DNA of 21,343 nt from Octopus sinensis (GCF_006345805.1 NW_021823777.1:1-21343); one strand, 5' to 3'; numbered from the stretch's first letter, positions 10,062 to 19,989 are shown. Numbers and translations: made by a program. Notes: generated by a model from the letters alone, not told the origin.

Positions 10062-10113
10062 GAGCTTCTACAGGACTAGAACTGTTTCATTCAAAAGAAT
10101 CATCAGGAAGCTC
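10062..10113 (-). ncRNA. Type I hammerhead ribozyme, canonical core
   Basis: RNA reads GAGCUUC-CUGAUGA-UUC(UUUU)GAA-U-GAAA-CAG(UUCUAGUC)CUG-U-A-GAAGCUC. Stem I has 7 bp and stem III has 4 bp. The GUA cleavage triplet puts the predicted cut between 10069 and 10068. Stem II has 3 bp plus an unpaired U. Confidence 0.8.
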
Positions 10114-10115
10114 AT

Positions 10116-10167
10116 GAGCTTCCTGATGATTTCTTTTGAATGAACAGTTCTAGTCCTGTAGAAGCTC
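10116..10167 (+). ncRNA. Mirror hammerhead copy with a one-A deletion in GAAA (probably inactive)
   Basis: GAGCUUC-CUGAUGA-U-UUC(UUUU)GAA-U-GAA-CAG(UUCUAGUC)CUG-U-A-GAAGCUC. Confidence 0.65.
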
Positions 10168-10168
10168 C

Positions 10169-10220
<52 letters not shown>

Positions 10221-10756
10221 GTATATATATGTATATATATGTATATATATATATATATATGTATATATTATATATATATGTATATATATATATATTATAT
10301 ATATGTATATATATGTATATATATATATATGAAGGTTCACCAAAATTTTGATAGTTCACAACTTTATTGTTAGGAGAGGGTTTAACATGAATGTGTGTGT
10401 GGTGTGTGTGTGCGTGTGTGTGTGTATGTGTCTATGTGTGTCCATTTCTCTCTGTGTGTCCATGTGTATGTGAGTGCATGTGCGTGCGCGTGCGCATTTG
10501 TGTGTGTGCATATGTATGAATATAATTATGCATGTGTGCACTGACGATGAGTCACAAATGCATGTGATGCAGACCTACACACATGCAGATACACACACAC
10601 ATACACACACATGATAGACACACACATATACACACACATGATAGACACACACACACACACACATATACACACATGATAAACACACACCATTATCCAAAGT
10701 AGCCTGTAGCTGAAACTATGGAAACAAGCACTAATTACAGTGTTAATTACACGATA

Positions 10757-11327
10757 AGCACATGTGTGTGTGTATGTGTGTGTATGTGTGTGTGTGTATG
10801 TGTGTGTGTATGTGTGTGTATGTTTGTGTGTGTGTATGTGTGTGTGTATGTGTGTGTATGTTTGTGTGTTTGTATGTGTGTGTATGTGTGTGTGTATGTG
10901 TGTGTGTGTATGTGTGTGTGTATGTGGTGTGTTTGTGTGTGTGTATGTGTGTGTGTATGTGTGTGTGTATGTATATTGTGTGTGTGTATGTTTGTGTGTG
11001 GTGTATGTGGTGTGTATGTGTGTGTGTGTATGTGTGTGTGTATGTGTGTGTGTGTATGTGGTGTGTATGTGTGTGTGGTGTTTGTGTGTGTATGTTTGTG
11101 TGTGTTGTGTGTGTGTGTGTTGTGTTGTTGTATTTGTGTGTGTATGTTTGTGTGTGTGTATGTGTGTGTATTGTGTGTGTATGTTTGTGTGTGTGTGTAT
11201 GTGTGTGTGTATGTGTGTGTATGTATGTTTGTGTGTGTGTATGTTTGTGTGTGTGTATGTGTGTGTGTATTTGTGTGTGTGTATGTGTGTGTGTGTGTCT
11301 ATGTGTGTCTGTGTGTGTGTGTGTGAT
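10757..11327. repeat. ~570-bp degenerate (TG)n/(GTGTGTAT)n tract
   Basis: Direct reading. It explains the CV/HT-rich ORFs. Confidence 0.97.
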
Positions 11328-11637
11328 ATAAATGATTGAAATTATGCCTGAATGTATACATGTGTGCGTATGTGTCTTTGCGTCTGTGTTTGTTCCACCA
11401 CCATCACTTAAAAACCTGTGCTGGTATGTTTGTGTCAGTGCGGGCATGTATGCATGTGTAAGCATGTGTCAGTGTGTTTGTGAGTGTGAGAGAGTTTAAC
11501 TAGCAAGTGTGTGTGTGAGAGAGAGAGTGTGTGTGTTTCTATATAATCACGTACATGGTCATGTAATCTGGTCCATATTATGTACAGATGAGTTTCTACT
11601 CTGTACATCTACATCTGTGTGCGTGTGTGTGTGTCAT

Positions 11638-11982
11638 AATCATCATCATCATCATCATCGTTTAACACGCCCGCTTTCCATGCTAGCATGGGTTGGACGG
11701 TTCAACGGGGTCTGGGAAGCCAGAAGGCTGCATCAGGCCCAGTCTGATCTGGCAATGTTTCTACAGCTGGATGCGCTTCCTAACGCCAACCACTCCGTGA
11801 GTGTAGTGGGTGCTTTTTATGTGCCACCGACACAGGTGCCAGATGAGGCTGGCGAACGGCCACGCTCGGATGGTGATTTTTACGTGCCACCGGCACAGAG
11901 GCCAGGCGAGGCTGGCACGGCCACGATCGGATGGTGTTTGTTACGTGCCACCAGCACGGAGGCCAGTCGATGCGGTGCTGAA
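11638..11982 (-). mobile_element. SINE-like family B, three internal units
   Basis: (CAT)n tail, GGATGCGCTTCCTAACGCCAACC, and units at 11809, 11872 and 11933. Confidence 0.85.
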
Positions 11983-12005
11983 ATGTGTGTGTGTGTGTGT
12001 GTATA

Positions 12006-12442
12006 GGCACAGGTGTGGTTGTGCAGTAAAGTGTTTGCTTCCCAACCACATGGTTCCAGGTTCAATTCCACTTCTTGAAACCTTTGGTGTCTTCTACTAG
12101 CCCCAGGCCAACCAAAGCCTTGTGAATGGATTTTGGTAAATGGAAACTGAAAGAAGCCTGTCATATGTGTGAGTGTGTGTGTGTGTATGTGTTTGTCTTT
12201 GTGTCTGTATTTGTCACACCACCACCACCAACACCACCACCACCAACACCACCATTTGACAATTTGTGTTGCTATGCTCATGTTCCTGTAACTTAGCATT
12301 TTGGCAAAAGAGACCGATGGAGTAAGTACTGGGCTTGCACAAAATATGCCATACACTTAATATGTTCGACGCAAAGTTCCTTATGGTTCTGCCCCACTGC
12401 GGCCACCATCTGAGAATTGGAACAAGTAAAAGATAAAAGATA
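12006..12442 (+). mobile_element. SINE family A relative, diverged, full length
   Basis: tRNA-like head (GGTTCAATTCC at ~12059), the GGAAACTGAAAGAAGCC body and an AAAAGATAAAAGATA tail. Confidence 0.8.
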
Positions 12443-12495
12443 TATACACTAGATGTACTTGCGCATACAAATGCACGTTCCCACAGCTTTATAAA

Positions 12496-12622
12496 TCGCA
12501 TTCTCACCTGGAATTGATTTTTGTACTTTTTTCAAGACTTATACACACCCTGATACTGTTGGTATCTACATATCAAATTTGAGTGCAATCGGATGGAGGA
12601 TGCCCGAGATCCTAGATGACAC
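12496..12622 (+). mobile_element. Repeat D, second copy (fragment)
   Basis: Matches 9360-9487. Confidence 0.75.
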
Positions 12623-13034
12623 TGTGGTAAGTAGCTTGCTAATCAACCACATGGTTCCGGGTTCAGTCCCACTGCTGGAGCACTGCCTTTAGTTGAGCAA
12701 ATCGACCCCGAGACTTATTCTTTGTACGCCCAGTACTTATTCTATCAGTCTCTTTTGCCGAACCGCTAAGTGACAGGAACGTAAACACACTAGCCTCGGT
12801 TCACAAGCAATGCTAGGGGGACAAACACAGACACACAAACACACACATACATATACATATATATACATATATACGACAGGCTTCTTTCAGTTTCTGTCTA
12901 CCAAATCCACTCACAAGGCATTGGTCGGCCCGGGGCTATAGCAGAAGACACTTGCCCAAATTGCCACGCAATAGGACTGAACCCGGAACCATGTGGCTGG
13001 TTAGCAAGCTACTTACCACACAGCCACTCTGCCC
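12622..13034 (-). mobile_element. SINE family A (minus, 12673-13034) fused to an inverted copy of its own head (plus, 12622-12675)
   Basis: CTGTGGTAAGTAGCTTGC...GTTCAGTCCCACTGC joins TGCTGGAGCAC at a TGC overlap. The minus copy ends in the head ...ACCACACAGCCACTCTGCCC. Confidence 0.88.
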
Positions 13035-13064
13035 TATATATATATATATATATATATATTTATA

Positions 13065-13120
<56 letters not shown>

Positions 13121-13126
13121 ATATAT

Positions 13127-13305
13127 AGGGAGAGTTTATGAAAAAAAACAATAGACAAAGACAGGTGGTGTACAAAACAAACAGATGTATTAGTATTACT
13201 CTCAGGAATAGAAAAAGTCTTTTATATTTCGAGCCTACGCTCCTTTACAGAAAGGGTCACAGAAGAATCAAGGAGAGAAAAAATGTGTGTAGTGGCTAAC
13301 AATAT
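13127..13305 (-). mobile_element. Family F copy 2, with a degenerate hammerhead-like fold at 13218-13255
   Basis: RNA reads CCUUU-CUGUAAA-G-GAGC(GUAG)GCUC-GAAA-UAU-A-AAAGA. The copy abuts (TA)n. Confidence 0.65.
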
Positions 13306-13782
13306 ATTTATAAGTGTGTATGTGTGTGTGCATCCACATTTATATGCGTGTGTGTGGGAGCATGTATAATTACAATTTGAAGGTGACAAGAGTTATCTAA
13401 CAACAGAATATTACACAGATATAGTGGTGGTGGTGGCAGTGTCTGGGATATTAGTGATGGCGCTGGTGGTAGTAGTGTTGGTAGGGTGGTGGTGGTGGTG
13501 GCAGTGGTGGTGGCAGTGGTGGTCAGACATTCTCAGTACAGTGGAGGAGACAGTAAAGACAGCAAATGGTTGAGAACAGCATCACCATCCACCCCATCCC
13601 CCATCCCACCGATAACACCCCCCCAACCTACTAACGTAACCTCATCCCCTCCCCATGCTGTCTCCCAACCCTGCCCCGTGTCACAATGACAGCATACACT
13701 CACACCCTCACAATTGTAGGGGAAGAAAACAACAAGGGAACAGAGTGACATCTAGAATGACATAGGTATATATATATTTTTT

Positions 13783-14145
13783 GGGGTGCTAAGAGCACCA
13801 TCCGAGTATGATCATTGCCAGAGCGGCTAATTGGCTTCCATGCCGGTGGCACGTAAAAGGCACCATTCGAGCATGATCATTACTAGCGTCGCCTCACTGG
13901 CACGTGAAAAAGCATTCGAGCGAGGTCGTTGCCAGTACCACCTGACTGGCCCCATGCTGGTGGCACGTAAAAGCACCCACTACACTCTCTGAGTGGTTGG
14001 CATTAGGAAGGGCATCCAGCTGTAGTAACTCTGCCAGATCAAGATTGGAGCCTGATGCAGCCATCTAGTTCGCCAGCCCTCAGTTAAACCATCCAACCCA
14101 TGCTAGCATGGAAAGTGGACGTTAGACGATGATGATGATGATGAT
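13783..14145 (+). mobile_element. SINE-like family B, sense orientation, with (GAT)n tail
   Basis: GGTTGGCATTAGGAAGGGCATCCAGCTG, four unit remnants and a GATGATGAT tail. Confidence 0.87.
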
Positions 14146-14272
14146 ATTGCCCGCAAGAGGCTAAACATAGAGGGGACAAACAAGGACAGACAAAGGGATT
14201 AAATCGATTACATCGACCCCAGTGCGTAACTGGTACTTAATTTATCGACCCCAAAAGGATGAAAGGCAAAGT
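14146..14272 (-). mobile_element. SINE family E, 3' part
   Basis: Reverse complement of the 20990-21107 segment. Confidence 0.85.
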
Positions 14273-14424
14273 GTGTGTTTTATATATTTGTATAGTATAT
14301 GATCAGAAGGTATTTTAAGTATTGTATATACTTAGTCAATATAGCTATAATGCAATGCTGCCCTCTGTCAGACTATCGACTTACCAACATGCATATATAT
14401 GTATATGTATATGTATATATATAT

Positions 14425-14620
14425 AACGGGAAGGTTTACGAAAATAAACAAAAGACAAAGGCAGGTGGAGTACAAACAAACAAATGTATTAGTATGGCAC
14501 TCAGGAAAAGAAATAGAAAAAGTCTTTTATGTTTCGAGCCTACGCTCTTCAACAGAAAGATACACAGAAAAAAAAACAAGGAGAGAAAAAAAATGTGTGT
14601 AGGAGCTAACGGTCTATCAT
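14425..14620 (-). mobile_element. Family F copy 3, with a hammerhead-like fold at 14523-14560
   Basis: RNA reads UCUUU-CUGUUGA-A-GAGC(GUAG)GCUC-GAAA-CAU-A-AAAGA. The copy abuts (TA)n. Confidence 0.65.
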
Positions 14621-14639
14621 ATATATGCTCAAGATCATT

Positions 14640-14970
14640 GCCGACCAATACCTTGTGAGTGGATTTGGTAGACAGAAACTGAAAGAAGCCTGTCGTATAT
14701 ATATATATATATCTATATATATATATATATATATATATATCTGTATATGGTGTTGTTGTCTTTGTTTGTCCCCCTAGCATTGCTTGACAACCGATGCTGG
14801 TGTGTTTACGTCCCCGTCACTTAGCGGTTTGGCAAAAAGAGACCGATAGAATAAGTACTGGGCTTACAAAGAATAAGTCCTGGGGTCGATTTGCTCGACT
14901 AAAAGCGTTGCTCCAGCATGGCCGCAGTCAAATGACTGAAACAAGTAAAAGAGTAAAAGAGTAAAGAGTA
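14640..14970 (+). mobile_element. SINE family A, head truncated
   Basis: CCTTGTGAGTGGATTTGGTAGAC through the AAAAGAGTAAAGAGTA tail. Confidence 0.92.
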
Positions 14971-15050
14971 TGCATATATACATGTATACATATATATATA
15001 TATGTGCATACATATACATATGTGTGTGTGTGCTTCTATGGTGTTTACAT

Positions 15051-15162
15051 AATGCAGTGATCCTTCAGTTTTTCTATGCCCTGTAAAAGAACTTGGAAGT
15101 TTGGGCCTCTAACCAGGCCTTTCGTGATACCCTTAAAGCTAGTAACTTTTCAGTGCCCTCTA
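15051..15162 (+). mobile_element. Tc1/mariner-derived MITE, right part with TIR
   Basis: Aligns to 1052-1143 and ends in AACTTTTCAGTGCCCTC-TA. Confidence 0.7.
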
Positions 15163-15185
15163 GAGTGTGTACATAAAAAGTATTA

Positions 15186-15232
<47 letters not shown>

Positions 15233-15234
<2 letters not shown>

Positions 15235-15420
15235 TCATCGTTTAGCGTCCGCTTTCCATGCTAGCATGGGTTGGACGGGTCAACTGGGGTCTGCGAAGCT
15301 GGAAGGCTTCGTCAGGCCCAGTCAGATCTGGCAGTGTTTCTACGGCTGGATGCCCTTCCTAACGCCAACCACTCCGCGAGTGTAGTGGGTGTTTTTTACG
15401 TGCCACCTGCACAGGTGCCA
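15233..15420 (-). mobile_element. SINE-like family B, 3' part, flanked by (ATT)n tracts (15178-15232, 15421-15663)
   Basis: Closest to the 11638 copy (GGGGTCTG.GAAGC..GAAGGCT variant). Confidence 0.87.
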
Positions 15421-15458
15421 TATATTATCATTATTATTATCATTATTATTATTATTAC

Positions 15459-15506
<48 letters not shown>

Positions 15507-15543
15507 CATTATCATATTATTATTATATTATTATTATTATCAC

Positions 15544-15577
<34 letters not shown>

Positions 15578-15663
15578 TATCATATTATTATCATTATTAT
15601 ATTTTATTATATCATTATTATTATTATTATCATTATTATTATCATTATTATCATTATCATTAT

Positions 15664-15922
15664 CCAGTTGACACTGTGAAGTGGTTGGCATTCGGAAGGG
15701 CATCCAACAGTAAAAATCATGCCAAAACTGACCTTGCCTATGTTGGTGCCACATAAAAAGCCCTGACCGTTCTGGTGATTGGTGTTAGGAAGGACATCCA
15801 GTCATAAAGACCATGCCAGAACAGACACAGATGTCCGGGGTAGTCTCCTCTCAAACTGTCCTACCCGTGCCAGCATGGAAGGTGGGCATTAAAGGATGAT
15901 GATGATGATGATGATGATGATG
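15664..15922 (+). mobile_element. Diverged family-B relative with two GGAAGGGCATCC-like motifs and a (GAT)n tail
   Basis: GGTTGGCATTCGGAAGGGCATCC (~15683) and TTGGTGTTAGGAAGGACATCC (~15779); the tail is 15895-15922. Confidence 0.7.
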
Positions 15923-16029
15923 CTGATATATAAATACATACGGATATATACATACTGTACATGTATACATACACTTGCACTTGTATATCATTATATACCC
16001 TATACTATCATAACCAGCAGCTATATGAC

Positions 16030-16605
16030 ATACACCACCATTGCAACCATCCCCACCACTACCATCACCACATACTTCCACTATCATCATTACCACTACC
16101 ACTACCACTACTACTACTACTACCATCTCCACTGCCACCACCACCCCACCACTACCGCCATCACCACCACCACTGCCACTACCATTGCCGACACCATCAA
16201 CAACACCACCGCCATCACTGACACTGCCACCACTACCACCATCACTATCATCGCCAAAACCACAATCTCCACCACCACCACAACCACAACCACTGCTACC
16301 ACCACCATCACCACAACTACTACTACCACCACCACTACTACTACCATCACCACTGCCACTACCTCCACTACCACCATCACCACTGCCACTACCATTGCCA
16401 ACACCATCACCAACACCACCACCATCACTGGCACTGCCACCCCTTTCACCATCATCACCACCACCACCACAATCTCCACCACCACAACTACCACCACCAC
16501 CACAACCACCACCACCACAACTACCACCACTACAACCACCACCACCACAACCACCACCACAACCACAACCACAACCACAACTACTACTACTACCACCTCC
16601 ACTAT
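16030..16605. repeat. Cryptic (ACC/ACT)n tract with an internal ~210-bp duplication
   Basis: CACTGCCACTACCATTGCC.ACACCATCA at 16171 and 16381; CACAATCTCCACCACC at 16261 and 16468. Confidence 0.9.
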
Positions 16606-17150
16606 GCCTTTGGCTAAAAAAACCTTCATCCATCCTTGTCATCATACGCTTCATTTATTTCTGTTCCTCTCCTTCCTCTCCCCTCCCCCGCTGCTTCCCG
16701 TACCTCACACTTCTCCTCAACCTCCCCCCATTCTTCCCACACACCTTTTTACTGCACCACCATCACCCCACTAACTTTCTGCCATACCATCTTCCCCCTG
16801 GAACGATCCTAACACCTCTACGAATGATATCTCTCACACCCTCACTTAAAACACCACCACCACCACCACCACCACCACAACAATTAATACTATAGCCAAT
16901 ACTACCTCCAACAACACAGCGAACTCTACTACCACCAACACTGTCACAAAATTACCTCCACCACTATGACCATACTATCACTGCCACCATCAATACCACA
17001 ACAAATACTATCTCTTATGCCTTGACTTGCAACACCACTGTATCAACCACTAATACTATAGCCAAAACTACCTCCAACACCATCAACACCACCAACACCA
17101 CCAACACCACTACTACTACTACTACTACTAATAATAATAATAATAATATT

Positions 17151-17368
17151 AATAATCCTTCCTGTTATGGGCACAAATCCTGAAGTTTTAGGAGAGGGGA
17201 CCAGTCGGTTACACTGACCCCAGAATTTCACTGGTGCTTAATTTATTGACCCTGAAAAGGTGAAAAACAAAGTTGACCTCAACTGAATTTGAACTTAGAA
17301 CATAGCAGCAGACAAAAATATCACTAAGCATTTCACTCAGTGTGCTAACGATTCTGCCAGCTTGCTGC
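17151..17368 (-). mobile_element. SINE family E, diverged full-length copy
   Basis: The reverse complement begins GCAGCAAGCTGGCAGAATCGTTAGCAC and is colinear with 20877-21107. Confidence 0.8.
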
Positions 17369-17417
17369 AATAATAATGATAATAATAATAATAATGATAA
17401 TAATAATAATAATAATG

Positions 17418-17448
<31 letters not shown>

Positions 17449-17692
17449 TAATAATAATAATAATAATAATGATGATAATGATAATAATAATGATAATAAT
17501 AATAATAATAGTAATAATAATGATGATGATAATAATGATAATAATGATAATAATAATAATAATAATGATAATAATAATAATAATAATAATGATGATAATG
17601 ATAATAATAATGATAATAATAATAATAATAATAATAGTAATAATATGATAATGTAATATGATAATAATGATATAATAATAATAATAATGATA

Positions 17693-17727
<35 letters not shown>

Positions 17728-18303
17728 TTAATAATGATCATAATAATATGATGATATTAATAATAATATGATAATGATAATAATAATAATAATAATGATA
17801 TTGATAATAATAATAATAATAATAATAATAATGGTATAATAATAATGATGATAATAATATAATGATGATAATGATAATAGATCTAATAATGATAATGATA
17901 ATATAATAATGATGATAATGAATAATAATAATGATACTAATAATAATAATGGTAATAATTAATGATTATAATAATAATGATGATAATGATAATAATATAA
18001 TTATGATAATGATAATAATAATATATAATGATATTGATATAATAATAAATAATAATAATGGTAATAAAATAATGATGATAATAATAATACTTATGATAAT
18101 GATGATAAAATAATGATGATAATGATAATAATAATAATGATGATAATGATAATAATAATATAATAATTATATTGATAATAATAATAATATAATAATAATA
18201 ATGGTATAATAATGATGATAATAATAATAATGATGATATAATGAAAATAATAATAATAATAATGAATAATAATAATAATAATGATAGTAAAATAAATAAT
18301 ATA

Positions 18304-18370
<67 letters not shown>

Positions 18371-18640
18371 TAATAATAATAATAATGATGATAACGATAA
18401 TAATAATGATAATAATGATAATAATAATAATGAATGATAATAATAATAATGATGATAATGATAATAATAATAATGATGATAATGATAATAATAATAATGA
18501 TGATAATGATAATAATAATAATGATGATGATAATGTTAATGATAATAATGATGATAATGATAATAATAATGATGATAATGATATAATAATAATAATGATT
18601 ATAATATTAATAATAATAATAATAATAATAATACTAATAC

Positions 18641-18674
<34 letters not shown>

Positions 18675-18942
18675 AATAATAATGATGATAATAATAATAA
18701 TGATGATAATGATAATAATAATAATGATGATAATGATAATAATAATAATGATGATAATGATAATAATAATAATGATGATGATAATGTTAATGATAATAAT
18801 GATGATAATGATAATAATAATAATGATGATGATGATAATAATGATAATAATAATAATGATGATAATGATAATAATAATAATGATGATAATGATAATAATA
18901 ATAATGATAATGATAATAATAATAATGATGATAATAATAATA
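17369..18942. repeat. ~1.57-kb (AAT/GAT)n trinucleotide array with higher-order units
   Basis: Direct reading. A recurring AATAATAATGATGATAATGAT unit is present, and ATATGGTATAATAAT appears near both 17830 and 18200. Confidence 0.97.
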
Positions 18943-19285
18943 ACACTACTGCAGCCAACACTGCCACACAAAAAAAACAACACTGTCACAACCACTACCA
19001 TCAACACCACCACCACAAACATTAATACTACTACTAATACTACTCTCAACAGCACCACTATCACTGCCACCAGCACTACTACCACCAACACCATCACAAC
19101 AACAATACCACTATCACTGCCACTATACTACCATCAACACCACCACCAACATCAGAACCGTCTCTTATATAATCCAACTTACAACACTACCACCACCACC
19201 AAAACCACTAAAACTACAGCCAGTACTACTTCCAACAACACCACTAATGCTACCATCCATACGACCACCACCATCTACCACCACG
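18943..19285. repeat. Degenerate (ACC/ACT)n low-complexity tract
   Basis: Direct reading. Confidence 0.85.
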
Positions 19286-19399
19286 GAATTCCTCTCTTAT
19301 GGATCCACCAAATTTTCCAAGTTCTTTACAGAAGCAGGAACCCTTGAGAAACCATTCCCCTCCAACCCTTATATCCCTGTCCCCTTCTCTCTTTATTAT

Positions 19400-19673
19400 A
19401 ATTCCCTCATATTATCATTCACTCTCTCTCACTCACTTTGTTTGCCCCTTTCTCTCTCTCTCTCTCTTTCTCTCTCTCTGTATCTGTATATGCAGGGATG
19501 TTTCTATCTTATTGACTCTCTCTTTCTCCACCCTTTTCTTTGTATTTGTATCTCTATCTCCCTTTTATTCTTTCTCTTTATCTCCACCACTTTATCTCAT
19601 TGTCTCTCCTCACTCTCTCTTTCTCTTTATCTATCTATCTATCTATCTGTCATTCTATCTCCCTCTCTGCTTA

Positions 19674-19706
<33 letters not shown>

Positions 19707-19989
19707 GTATGTATGTATGTATGTATGTATGTATGTATGTATGTATGTATGTATCTATCTATTTATCTATCTATCTATGTACCTATCTATGTACCTATCT
19801 ATCTACGATCCCTTTTGATCGAAAACCAAACCCCCTTCTTTTACCCCCAAAAGAAAAGCTCTACCTTGTAATTTTGTCCTGTCTGTGTGCAGCCCTGTGT
19901 GGCTAATAAAGAAACATATCTATGTACCTATCTATCTATCTATCTATCTATTCTATCTATCTATTCTATCTATCTATCTATCTATCTAT

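Larger units (their letters stand above)
10052..10177. repeat. 126-bp zero-spacer palindrome (P3) made of two divergent hammerhead copies
   Basis: The centre is CTCA|TGAG between 10114 and 10115. The 63-nt arms are exact inverses except two single-base indels. Confidence 0.97.

Noticed and set aside
13486-13751. Short ORFs and a C-rich, G-quadruplex-like tract
   Set aside because: This is low-complexity sequence with no convincing splice sites. The G-tract spacing is borderline and such tracts are common in this background.
14376-14386. Perfect minus-strand donor TTG|GTAAGT
   Set aside because: The sequence upstream on that strand is a (TA)/(CA) tract with no acceptor or exon.
17337-19347. 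386-aa and 368-aa poly-Ile/Asn/Met ORFs
   Set aside because: They come entirely from the (AAT/GAT)n and (ACC)n arrays. The same applies to 15167-15756.
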